A DNA stretch of 23,629 bases from an uncultured virus (IMG/VR IMGVR_UViG_3300015360_000031) (IMGVR_UViG_3300015360_000031); one strand, 5' to 3'; positions 8,859 to 16,576 are shown, counted from the first letter of the stretch. The notes: generated by a model not told the origin, from the sequence alone. Numbers and translations are program-made.

Positions 8859-9407
8859 GTGGACCGCAAGATCGAGGTAAGCCCCGCACTGATCGGTGTC
8901 GGTGCGTGCGTGGCCCTCACCTGGGTTGCGGTCCTGTGGACCATCTTTCGGAAGCCCTTGAGCTCCGTTCCGCCGATCAACATCTGGAACGTCAACGGTG
9001 GCGACACCTCGCGGAGCCTCGCGGTCCCGCAGCTGATGGCACCCCCGCCGGCGACGGCGCCGCAGCAGACACCGGCGATGGCAGCAGCCGATCGCAGCTC
9101 GCGATCGAGCGCGCTCGCGACCTACCAGCTCAGCACCTCGAACCCGTCACGGCTTGCCACAGCCGCCGGTCCGCGGTTCTGGGTCGCCGAAGTCCGCACC
9201 GTCGGCCCCCCGGGCTCGTTCGCGATCGTCTCGCTCGTCGCGAACGCGCTCACGCAGGGCAACGTGCCCGGCTACGACGCGATCGTGATCCCGGCGGGCG
9301 GTAGCGAGCGAATCCGGCTCGCGCCCGGTCAGGCGCTGTTCGGCGTCGGCAACGTCAACAATACGGTCGTCTCGGTGAACTGCTCCGAGGAGTACCCTGC
9401 GTCGTGA
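8859..9407 (+). CDS. N-terminally anchored protein with beta-rich C-terminal domain (putative structural)
   Basis: TM segment LIGVGACVALTWVAVLWTIF, Pro/Ala linker, beta-strand-rich end. Confidence 0.65.
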   Translation: MDRKIEVSPALIGVGACVALTWVAVLWTIFRKPLSSVPPINIWNVNGGDTSRSLAVPQLMAPPPATAPQQTPAMAAADRSSRSSALATYQLSTSNPSRLATAAGPRFWVAEVRTVGPPGSFAIVSLVANALTQGNVPGYDAIVIPAGGSERIRLAPGQALFGVGNVNNTVVSVNCSEEYPAS

Positions 9408-9796
9408 GTGGCGGCCTCGTCAGTGGCGCCGCAGTCCGTGATCAGACGCCCGACGCCGATGACCAGGGCATGGTCGTCCGTCCGATCGGCACGATCACCG
9501 TACTGGACCCGGCAGCACTCGGCGCATCCTCGACCGTTGCGGCGAGCTTGATCGCCGTCACCCTGCTCGCGGCGAACACGTCACGGCTTGGCTTCACGAT
9601 CTACAACACGTCGCTCGCCGACACGCTGTACGTCCTCGTCGGTGCGGGCGTCGTGTCGGCAACTTCGTTCACGGTTGCGCTCGTTCCAGGGGCGTATTAC
9701 GAGAGCCCGGTGCGCTACGTTGGCGGGGTGACGGGCATCTGGGATCCGGCAGCTACCGGCGACGCGCTCATCACTGAATTCACACCGGTGCCCTGA
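9404..9796 (+). CDS. Small beta-sandwich phage structural/spike-associated protein
   Basis: LLAANTSRLGFTIYN…LYV…FTVALVPGAYYE…VTGIW is a pattern recurrent in phage structural regions; coupled to the fibre gene. Confidence 0.6.
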   Translation: MSGGLVSGAAVRDQTPDADDQGMVVRPIGTITVLDPAALGASSTVAASLIAVTLLAANTSRLGFTIYNTSLADTLYVLVGAGVVSATSFTVALVPGAYYESPVRYVGGVTGIWDPAATGDALITEFTPVP

Positions 9797-11355
9797 TGCC
9801 TCTGTTCCCGCCCCCATTCGTGATCGGTCTCATCGCCATCTCGGCCGTCGGATCGTCTGTGTCGTCAGGCACGGTCGTTTTCTCGAACTCGAACAACGTC
9901 ACGTTCGGGATGTCGGGCGCGACGATCACAGCCTCAGTCGCAGGCGGTGGTGGTGGTGGGATCGCGGCGGCGGCAGGCACGCAGACCGCAATCACGGGCA
10001 CGATCGTGCTCGCCAACTCCAACGGCATCAGCTTTGGAATGAGCGGCAGCTCGCAGATCACCGCCAGCTTCTCGACGCTCATCTACTCGAACAGCCACAA
10101 CGTCTCGTTTGGGATCGTTGGCTCGACGCTCACAGCATCGGTGGTGGTCCCCGCGCAGTCGACCGGCCCCGCCGCTTTGAGCGCCGGCACGACGCAGGCG
10201 ACGAGCGGTACGATCTCGTTCGCTGACTCGAACGGCGTCTCGTTCGGGCTCGACGGGCAGACGATCACTGCATCGATCTTGCCGCCGACCCCAGAGACCC
10301 CGTTCGCCGTGTCAGCTAACGGCGGCTCACAGAGCACCGGCACCATCACGTTCGCGAACGGCGGCAACGTGTCGTTCGGCTACGCGGCGGGTGTGATCAC
10401 CGCGACGGCGACGTTTCCTGCGCAGACCGCATTCGTTCTATCGAACAGCAACAACGTCAGCTTTGGCACGAACGGCTCGACGGTCACCGCGAACGCGACG
10501 TTCCCTGCGGAGACACCGTTTGGTGTCAGCGCTGGAACGCAGAGCGCATCCACCGGCACGCTCGTGTTCTCGAACTCCAACGGCGTCACGTTCGGGATGT
10601 CGGGGAGCTCGCGGATCACGGCCAGCGTTGACGCGATCAAGTCGATCTCGGGCGGCACCACGCGCGCAAGTGGTGGCGAGGTCGTGTTCTCGAACTCGAA
10701 CGGCGTGTCGTTTGGCCTCGACGGGAACACGATGACGGCCAGCGTTGACGCTGGCGTGACGCTGAATTACTGGAATCCGCAAGACGCATACGCGCAGGTA
10801 ACCGGCAACCAAGGCCAGGCGACGTTGCACGTGCAGCCCGGTCAGGCCCCCAACGTCACCTTCGATCGGGTGATCGTCCCGGTCTACTTCTCGGGCGCGT
10901 CGAACTCCACGATGACGCTCTCGTATACGCAGCTGTGGGGCGTGTTCACGCGCACAGGCTCGACATTGTCACAGCTGATGTCGACGTCGATCACCGGAAC
11001 GTTGGGTCACTCAGGTAACGTGAACTCGGCGCTGAACAACGGCGTTCGGTTGTTGACCATCCCTTTTGCGAGCTCGCTGTCAGCCGATCAATACTACTTC
11101 GTGAACATGCAGCGCTCATCGAGCAGCAGCGCCAACGCGACCTTCGCGCAGATACTTGCGAGCCAGCTGAACTCGAACTTTTCGGGAATCCTCGGGGTGG
11201 CTAGCAACGCCACCATTCAGTACACGCGCGGGCTCGGCGTTTACACCGCGTCCTCGACGGGGATTCCGGTCTCAATCGCATTCTCGCAGATCAACGGATC
11301 CAACTCGTTGGTGCTGCGCCAACCCATCTTCTACGTCGCCAACGGAACCTTCTAG
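9796..11355 (+). CDS. Fibre/spike protein with 8 imperfect repeats and a C-terminal head domain
   Basis: Eight copies of GT(V/I)xF(S/A)NSNGVSFGxxGxxITAS; Ser/Thr/Gly-rich; non-repetitive C-terminal region of about 200 aa. Confidence 0.75.
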   Translation: MPLFPPPFVIGLIAISAVGSSVSSGTVVFSNSNNVTFGMSGATITASVAGGGGGGIAAAAGTQTAITGTIVLANSNGISFGMSGSSQITASFSTLIYSNSHNVSFGIVGSTLTASVVVPAQSTGPAALSAGTTQATSGTISFADSNGVSFGLDGQTITASILPPTPETPFAVSANGGSQSTGTITFANGGNVSFGYAAGVITATATFPAQTAFVLSNSNNVSFGTNGSTVTANATFPAETPFGVSAGTQSASTGTLVFSNSNGVTFGMSGSSRITASVDAIKSISGGTTRASGGEVVFSNSNGVSFGLDGNTMTASVDAGVTLNYWNPQDAYAQVTGNQGQATLHVQPGQAPNVTFDRVIVPVYFSGASNSTMTLSYTQLWGVFTRTGSTLSQLMSTSITGTLGHSGNVNSALNNGVRLLTIPFASSLSADQYYFVNMQRSSSSSANATFAQILASQLNSNFSGILGVASNATIQYTRGLGVYTASSTGIPVSIAFSQINGSNSLVLRQPIFYVANGTF

Positions 11356-11380
11356 GTCGCCAGTCGGGTACCAGGATCAC

Positions 11381-11926
11381 ATGAACAAGCGCCAAGAACT
11401 CGAAGCCGCCAGGAACATGGAGCCCGACTGCGCCTACGGAGCAGTAGGGGCCGGGAGGTACACGCGGGGGGTCAGCGAACGTCGCGAAGCGCACACTGCT
11501 CGGACCCAGGTGTCCCGTGTTCTTCTCGACCGCGATCCGAGTGAGGGGGCACTGCGATCGCCGGCGCCGCTCCGATACCCGAGCGCTCAATCACCGATCA
11601 CAATCGAGGTCGTGCGCCAAGAAGATGGGTTGTCGTTTCGGCTCAAGGCCGATAGTCACCGGCGGTTGCAGGCTCAGGGGATCGCGCTGCCGCCGGTCGG
11701 GTCGATTCACATCGGCACCACGATGCGCGACGACTTCGAGACCGTTCATGATCCCTTCGCGCGTCACGTCGCGCCGCTGTTGACGAACATGCCGCTGGAT
11801 CAGCTTGTCGTCCTCGGTGGTGTGCAGTTCGTCTCAGCGGGAAGTAGCGATGTCATTTGGGAGCTGAGGTCGTTGCTGACGTTGGTCGACAAGGCCAAGT
11901 CGCACGAGCTGGACCCCACCATCTAG
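11381..11926 (+). CDS. Hypothetical protein
   Basis: 181-aa ORF filling the gap; start codon uncertain; no recognised motif. Confidence 0.5.
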   Translation: MNKRQELEAARNMEPDCAYGAVGAGRYTRGVSERREAHTARTQVSRVLLDRDPSEGALRSPAPLRYPSAQSPITIEVVRQEDGLSFRLKADSHRRLQAQGIALPPVGSIHIGTTMRDDFETVHDPFARHVAPLLTNMPLDQLVVLGGVQFVSAGSSDVIWELRSLLTLVDKAKSHELDPTI

Positions 11927-12249
11927 ATCGGGTCGCGCATCGTACCGGCGCACGTGCAGTTCGAGCGGTGCCGCGCAAGCATCTCGCACAGCGGGTCGCG
12001 CCTGGCCTCGACGACTTCGAGCTCGGGCTCGGGCTCGGGCTCGGGCAGCACGCCGAACGCCTGTGCTTCTGCGGCTGTCATCGGTTGCGCGAACGGGTGC
12101 GCACACGGACCGTCATGATGGTCATCCTCACGCGTGCAGGGCGCGAAGCCTGGCGGGGTGAAGCCATGGCCACTCGGCAGTGACTCAACGTCGGTCGGTT
12201 CACCATCAAGGCGGATCTCGAAGTCGTCGAAGTCGGCTGGGCTCGGCAT
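11923..12249 (-). CDS. Acidic protein with C-terminal CHCC Zn-finger-like motif (paralog of 12263..12544)
   Basis: FDDFEIRLD…RDPLCEMLARHRSNCTCAGTMR. TAGCCT lies 7 nt upstream of ATG 12249. Confidence 0.65.
   Translation of the reverse strand: MPSPADFDDFEIRLDGEPTDVESLPSGHGFTPPGFAPCTREDDHHDGPCAHPFAQPMTAAEAQAFGVLPEPEPEPELEVVEARRDPLCEMLARHRSNCTCAGTMRDPI
12022..12045. repeat. (CTCGGG)x4 tandem repeat encoding PEPEPEPE
   Basis: Read directly from the sequence. Confidence 0.85.
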
Positions 12250-12262
12250 GGCTCCGAGGCTA

Positions 12263-12544
12263 CTACAGCGCTTCGCGCATCGCACCAGTGCAATCGCAGT
12301 TAGGTCGGTGCACCTCGACGCAGAGCGGATCGCGGTTTGGGATCGTCTCGGCGGTAGTCACGACCGCATCGAGCTGCACGGTCACACTCACCAAGTCCTC
12401 GATGAGCGTCGGTTGCACATCGATGTGTGCGAGATCGACGGGGATCTCGAACTCCTCGAACAACAGGATCAGCGGGGTCTGCGCTTGCCGGCGTACGGCA
12501 CGCTTGCGGGTCTTGGTCTTGGTCGCGTGAGTGTGGTGGTGCAT
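12263..12544 (-). CDS. Protein with C-terminal CHCC Zn-finger-like motif (paralog of 11923..12249)
   Basis: FEEFEIPVD…RDPLCVEVHRPNCDCTGAMR. TAGCCT lies 6 nt upstream of the ATG. Confidence 0.65.
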   Translation of the reverse strand: MHHHTHATKTKTRKRAVRRQAQTPLILLFEEFEIPVDLAHIDVQPTLIEDLVSVTVQLDAVVTTAETIPNRDPLCVEVHRPNCDCTGAMREAL

Positions 12545-12652
12545 GGATCAAGGCTAAGCGTGCCGGTGGATTCTTCGACGGTAACTCGCGGGCGCCTCAC
12601 CTGCGCGGGTTTGCGCTCGCCGTGACGTCACCGCGCGTTGTACGCTACAGGC

Positions 12653-13432
12653 ATGATCCGCGTTCCGCTCTGGTTCGGCCTCCTTGCGGGCGCGGCGACG
12701 GCCGGCCTCGCGATCGCCGCGGTGGCATCGCAGCCTCAGCGTCGGCGCGGGCCGCTCGGGGGTTGGCGTGATGACTACGATCGCGCCTCCGCAGCGCCCG
12801 AAGAGCATGCTGACGAGCTCGAAAAGCGGGCACGCGGCGCCGGCGCGCACGGTGCCCTGACCTACGTTGGTATGGGCGCAGAGGGTGTCACGCTCTGCGA
12901 CGAGCGCGGCAAGGCGTTCAAGATCAGCCGCACCAGCAGCGGTGGTGTCGACGGCAAACAGCGCCTGCGTGACGAAGCTGAGTGGCTCATGACCGCAGGC
13001 AAGATCACCAACATCAAGCAGTACGTGCCGCGTGGCGTGAGCTACGATGCGACGCACGACGTCATCGTCCGCGAGTGCCTCACAGCGCGCGCTGGCAACC
13101 GTAGCAGCAGCCAGCGGTTGTGGGATTTGCATCAGCGTCTTACAGCGGCGGTCGCGCCGTACGGCCACGGGCGCCCCGAGTACAAGATCAACTCGTACGT
13201 CTACACGCGGCGCGGGCCGGTGCTTGTCGACGCCGGGTTCGCGGTGAAGCGTGGCGACAAGCTGATCAAGGAAGCGCTCGACGTCGCGAACGGCCGGAAG
13301 AAGATGAACAGCTTCCAGATCAAAGAGCTAGCGTGGGAGCTGCGTATGGAGCGCGGCGAGACGATCCCGCCACCGATCGCGAACAAGGTGCTCCTGCGGC
13401 TTCAGGCGATCGAGCCAGGCGTCGAGCTCTGA
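12653..13432 (+). CDS. Membrane-anchored protein-kinase-like protein (atypical catalytic loop)
   Basis: N-terminal TM; VGMGAEG Gly loop, AFK, DEAE, PEYKINS and LVDAG in kinase order. TACGCT lies 6 nt before the ATG. Confidence 0.65.
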   Translation: MIRVPLWFGLLAGAATAGLAIAAVASQPQRRRGPLGGWRDDYDRASAAPEEHADELEKRARGAGAHGALTYVGMGAEGVTLCDERGKAFKISRTSSGGVDGKQRLRDEAEWLMTAGKITNIKQYVPRGVSYDATHDVIVRECLTARAGNRSSSQRLWDLHQRLTAAVAPYGHGRPEYKINSYVYTRRGPVLVDAGFAVKRGDKLIKEALDVANGRKKMNSFQIKELAWELRMERGETIPPPIANKVLLRLQAIEPGVEL

Positions 13433-15027
13433 GCACGCCCCTCGGCGTCCTGGTTGGCCCATGCCTTGGCTTCAGTGAGCGCGTCGACCATCCCGTAATC
13501 GCCGCCGGGGTAGGTGACTGTCCACCGGTTCCGCCCGGCGTTGTTGCCGTCGATGATGTAAAGCCCAGCCGGCGACGTCGCGTGGTAGACGCCCGGGCTG
13601 ATCTTTTTCCAGCGCAGCACGCTTGAGCCTTTGAGCCCGGTCGCGCGCTTGTAGGCTGGGATCTTGTTCGCGTCATCGAACGGCCCAGCGACGCGCACGC
13701 CGCACGGCTCGCAGGTGAGCCCGTACCGCGGATCATCCATCGTCAACCCACCACCGCACTCGGGGCACTTGAGCTTCTTCACGCGCTTACCCTTGAGCCC
13801 GGCGTTCGCCTTCTGCACCGCGATCACCGCCTCCGAGCCCTTCGCAAATTGCTCGGTGCCCGTGAACGCGTCGACCTCGGCCATCGTCGCCGGCTCGATC
13901 ACGTCAGGGTGCCAGTCGTCAGTCAGCTCGTCGGCGATCTTGTCGAGCGTCTTGCGCGTCGTGTGACCGATCGGTCCGTCGGCATCGAACGACATCACGC
14001 GGATCGAACCCTCCTCCGGGTTCGACATCTCAGGCGTCTTCACGAGCAGGATCTTCCGCGTGCCGTGCGTGATGAACACCGCGTCGTGCTTCGCGAGCGC
14101 CTCGCGCATCCCGGCTTTGCGCGCTGCTGACTTCGCGGCGATGCGCTCGAACCAGTCATCCTTGCCGAAGTTCTCGTCGTCGTCGTCGTCATCGGCGGCG
14201 CCTTCGAGCTCTGGCTTCATGCTTGGCGCTCGCAGGAAGCCTTCGAGCTCGCCCGGGCCGGCCGCGAGCAAGCCACGAACGTCACCAAGCTCGGTGAACT
14301 CCGCGTCGATCACGTCGTCCTCGTCGACACCGACCGCCTCGGCACCGTCACCGTTGAGCGTGTAGAGCCCCTTGCGGTGCACGGTGTAGCCGGCGACGAG
14401 CGCGACGCCGATCCCGAGCAGGCCCCAGCCGAGCCCCTTCATCACCGTCGTCGGCGACACCTTGCGGACAAGCGTGTCGGCGAGGATCAGCGAGAGCGTG
14501 CGCGCCCCGGCCGCCGTGTAGTGCAGCCCGTCGCCGGCGCGCTGAGCGAGCTCGGAGAGCGGCCGACCATCGATGAACCGCATCCCGAACACGCTCGCCA
14601 TCGTCTTGACGACGATCTGGACACCCGCCGGCGGCTTGTTCGAGATGAACGGCCCGATCGCCCAGACCTCGGCGCCGGCCCCACGGTAGGCGTCGCGGAT
14701 CGCGGTGAACGCGTCGCGCACCTTCCGTGGGTCGATCCCGACATCGTTGGTGCCGAGCATCACGATCACCTTGGTGGGCTTCCACGCGAGGTCAGCCGCG
14801 ATCAGGTCGCCAGCAGCCTCACGGCCCCAGAAGTTCCACGCCGAGCGACTCACGCGCGCGTTGGTGCGCACCGCGGCGGCGCCTTGCTCGGCGAGCAGGC
14901 TCGCGAGCAGATCCCCAGGGGCCGAGCTCGAACGCATCGAGCCCGCGTTGACGTTCCAGACCTCGCCGCTGGTGTGGCGGGTCAGGCTGTCACCGAAGAT
15001 GAGGATTCGCTCGCCGCGCGCGTTCAT
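13402..15027 (-). CDS. SGNH/GDSL hydrolase fused to a TM segment and modular C-terminal region with Zn ribbon
   Basis: IFGDSL, MLGTND and GDGLHY blocks; TM GLGWGLLGIGVALVAGY; CPEC…CEPC. TAGCAT lies 7 nt before ATG 15027. Confidence 0.8.
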   Translation of the reverse strand: MNARGERILIFGDSLTRHTSGEVWNVNAGSMRSSSAPGDLLASLLAEQGAAAVRTNARVSRSAWNFWGREAAGDLIAADLAWKPTKVIVMLGTNDVGIDPRKVRDAFTAIRDAYRGAGAEVWAIGPFISNKPPAGVQIVVKTMASVFGMRFIDGRPLSELAQRAGDGLHYTAAGARTLSLILADTLVRKVSPTTVMKGLGWGLLGIGVALVAGYTVHRKGLYTLNGDGAEAVGVDEDDVIDAEFTELGDVRGLLAAGPGELEGFLRAPSMKPELEGAADDDDDDENFGKDDWFERIAAKSAARKAGMREALAKHDAVFITHGTRKILLVKTPEMSNPEEGSIRVMSFDADGPIGHTTRKTLDKIADELTDDWHPDVIEPATMAEVDAFTGTEQFAKGSEAVIAVQKANAGLKGKRVKKLKCPECGGGLTMDDPRYGLTCEPCGVRVAGPFDDANKIPAYKRATGLKGSSVLRWKKISPGVYHATSPAGLYIIDGNNAGRNRWTVTYPGGDYGMVDALTEAKAWANQDAEGRAQSSTPGSIA

Positions 15028-15044
15028 GGCTTCGATGCTACCTC

Positions 15045-15151
15045 GAAACGACAGAAGCCCCCGCACACGTGTGAGGGGGCCTCTGAAGCCTGACGGGTCA
15101 ACGTCAGCTCTCAGAACCGGCAATCAACTCGGCGAGATTCTCAACCGAGCC
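15045..15151 (-). ncRNA. Putative small structured RNA of about 105 nt (three hairpins)
   Basis: Downstream of TTGACA-17-AATAGT. Stems GGCUCGG/CCGAGUU, CUGACG/CGUCAG and CAGAGGCCCCC/GGGGGCUUCUG; G-U pairs work only on the minus strand. Confidence 0.5.
15052..15085 (-). terminator. Strong GC hairpin, possible terminator (weak U tract)
   Basis: CAGAGGCCCCC-UCACACGUGUGC-GGGGGCUUCUG followed by UCGUUUC. Confidence 0.5.
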
Positions 15152-15157
15152 AAGGCA

Positions 15158-15186
15158 ACTATTCAACACAGCAACCGCTGTGTCAA
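15158..15186 (-). promoter_or_regulatory. Sigma70-type promoter with overlapping 7-4-7 palindrome
   Basis: TTGACA-17 nt-AATAGT; ACACAGC-AACC-GCTGTGT at 15166-15183. Confidence 0.55.
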
Positions 15187-15189
15187 CCG

Positions 15190-15429
15190 GGTGGGGTGGT
15201 GGAGACGTACGGCCGGCTTCACACGTTACGCAGTGGGTCCAGGTCGGTCGAGATGTTCGATCGAGGGTTCGCCGATACTAAGTGCAGCAGATAGCCCCTT
15301 GCGGGACGTCTGCACGGTTCGAGGCTTAGCTTCGAGGGTGCGAGATCAGGGTGCGAGTGGGGCTGCGTCGTGTCGGCGCCGGCGGGCCGCGGACATCACC
15401 CAGGTGCGGTTTGAGTTCAACCGGGCGAC
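15190..15429 (-). ncRNA. Putative structured RNA of about 240 nt
   Basis: Downstream of a consensus promoter, with no credible ORF. Has a 5' stem GUCGCCCGG/CUGGGUGAU, a GCAA-tetraloop hairpin at 15282-15315 and repeated CUCG units. Confidence 0.45.
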
Positions 15430-15435
15430 GAACAG

Positions 15436-15464
15436 ACCCTACGCAAACCGTCGTCGACTGTCAA
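15436..15464 (-). promoter_or_regulatory. Consensus sigma70-type promoter
   Basis: TTGACA (15464-15459), exactly 17 nt, then TAGGGT (15441-15436). Confidence 0.75.
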
Positions 15465-15495
15465 ACAATCAGCGATCGAAATTGAACAGCTGCCC

Positions 15496-15960
15496 TCACC
15501 GTGGCGGGATCGGTAGGTGGACCATCATGATCCCGCGCTCGGCAGCTAGCTTCAGGATGTCGATCGTGCCGGATCTTGCGCTCTTGTACTCGGCTGCGTA
15601 GACGATCCGTTGGATGCCTGCTTGGGCCGACATCTTGAAGCAGTCGTAGCAGGTCATCGCGGTCGTGTAGAGCATCCCACCGTCGCACCGCACCCCGTGC
15701 CGTGCCGCGGTCACGATCGCGTTCTCTTCGGCGTGGACCGTGCGCACGCAGCTCTGACGTCCGCCCATGTCAACGAGCTCGTGACCGACCTCATCGCACG
15801 ATGGCCAGCCACTCGGCGCGCCGCCGTAGCCTGTCGACAGGATGCGTCGATCAGATGAAACGATCACGGCGCCGATCCGCGCGCGGTCGCACGACATGCG
15901 GAGCGACACCGCGTCGGCGATGATCATGAAGTACGGATCCCAGTCAGGTCTTGTCGTCAT
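15496..15960 (-). CDS. dCMP deaminase family protein
   Basis: WDPYFM…IGAVIV…STGYGG…VHAEENAI…LYTTAMTCYDCFK…AGIQRIVY. Confidence 0.92.
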   Translation of the reverse strand: MTTRPDWDPYFMIIADAVSLRMSCDRARIGAVIVSSDRRILSTGYGGAPSGWPSCDEVGHELVDMGGRQSCVRTVHAEENAIVTAARHGVRCDGGMLYTTAMTCYDCFKMSAQAGIQRIVYAAEYKSARSGTIDILKLAAERGIMMVHLPIPPR

Positions 15961-16214
15961 TGGACGTCTCGCTTTCGTAGGCCGTCGTTGTAGATCGTGA
16001 TCTCGGCTGCGCTCCACACCACCGGTGGGCGGTTGCTCGCCACATACACGCGCCGCCAGTATGGAAACCACCAGCGACCGAGCACGTAGCCGGCGATAAA
16101 GCCGTAGATGATCAACAGCGTCGGCTGCGCGAAGATCAGCGTCACGAGCACGACACTCGCGGACCATAGCCCGACCGCGATCAGGTTGCCGACGATGTAG
16201 CGGAGCCGTGTCAT
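15957..16214 (-). CDS. Small two-TM membrane protein
   Basis: MTRLRYIVGNLIAVGLWSASVVLVTLIF…LLIIYGFIAGYVLG; ATGA-coupled. Confidence 0.65.
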   Translation of the reverse strand: MTRLRYIVGNLIAVGLWSASVVLVTLIFAQPTLLIIYGFIAGYVLGRWWFPYWRRVYVASNRPPVVWSAAEITIYNDGLRKRDVQ

Positions 16215-16576
16215 GTCGCAACCACTAGCGCGCGGACTTCGGGCAACCACGGCAAGATGCCCTCGCGCTCTTTGTCGAGCGGCATCAGCACGTAGTGGTC
16301 GACATCGAACATCACGTACGCGGCGCGATCCACGGTGACAAGCCACCAGGCGAGGTTGCAGCCGAGCAGCTGATCGATGGCGGTGATCCCCATCAAAGCG
16401 CCCGGTTCGAGCGCTGGTACGCCTTCACCCTCGACGACGATCGCGCAGCCGACAAGCTCTTCGCGGACGAACGCGCCCTTGAGCTGCGTGATCATCTCGT
16501 CGCTGGCGCCAGGCCACCAGAAGAACGGCTCGTTACGGGTGTTGATCAGGGCTGCGATCTGCGGCTGGATGGTCAT
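16211..16576 (-). CDS. Hypothetical protein
   Basis: 121 aa; ATGA overlaps at both ends; AAGGAG-like AAAGAG upstream. Confidence 0.6.
   Translation of the reverse strand: MTIQPQIAALINTRNEPFFWWPGASDEMITQLKGAFVREELVGCAIVVEGEGVPALEPGALMGITAIDQLLGCNLAWWLVTVDRAAYVMFDVDHYVLMPLDKEREGILPWLPEVRALVVAT

Noticed and set aside
9860..10750. CRISPR array or DGR-type repeats
   Set aside because: The repeats are degenerate, in frame and protein-coding. No constant repeat-spacer pattern, cas gene or reverse transcriptase is present, and the differences between the repeat pairs at 20.5-21.1 kb and 23.0-23.6 kb are too few to show adenine-specific mutagenesis.
6149..11355. Major capsid, portal, terminase or tape-measure genes
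   Set aside because: No recognisable motifs or suitably sized ORFs, so virion type remains an inference.
12626..12646. Fourth copy of the TGTCAG motif before the kinase (CGTCAC-N9-TACGCT)
   Set aside because: Two mismatches and wrong spacing; kept only as a leaderless -10.
15028..15123. N-terminal extension of the SGNH ORF given in the ORF track
   Set aside because: It runs through RNA hairpins, and TAGCAT-N7-ATG supports the start at 15027.
15197..15300. tRNA-Ala or tmRNA-like ends on the minus strand (GGGGCUA… and …CUCCACCA)
   Set aside because: The acceptor stem fails after 4 bp and there is no T-arm (GUUCRA), D-arm or tag reading frame.
14705..15601. 298-aa plus-strand ORF across the non-coding block
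   Set aside because: It is antisense to the SGNH gene, has Arg/Ser/Ala shadow composition, no RBS and no motif; promoters and G-U/GNRA features point to the minus strand.
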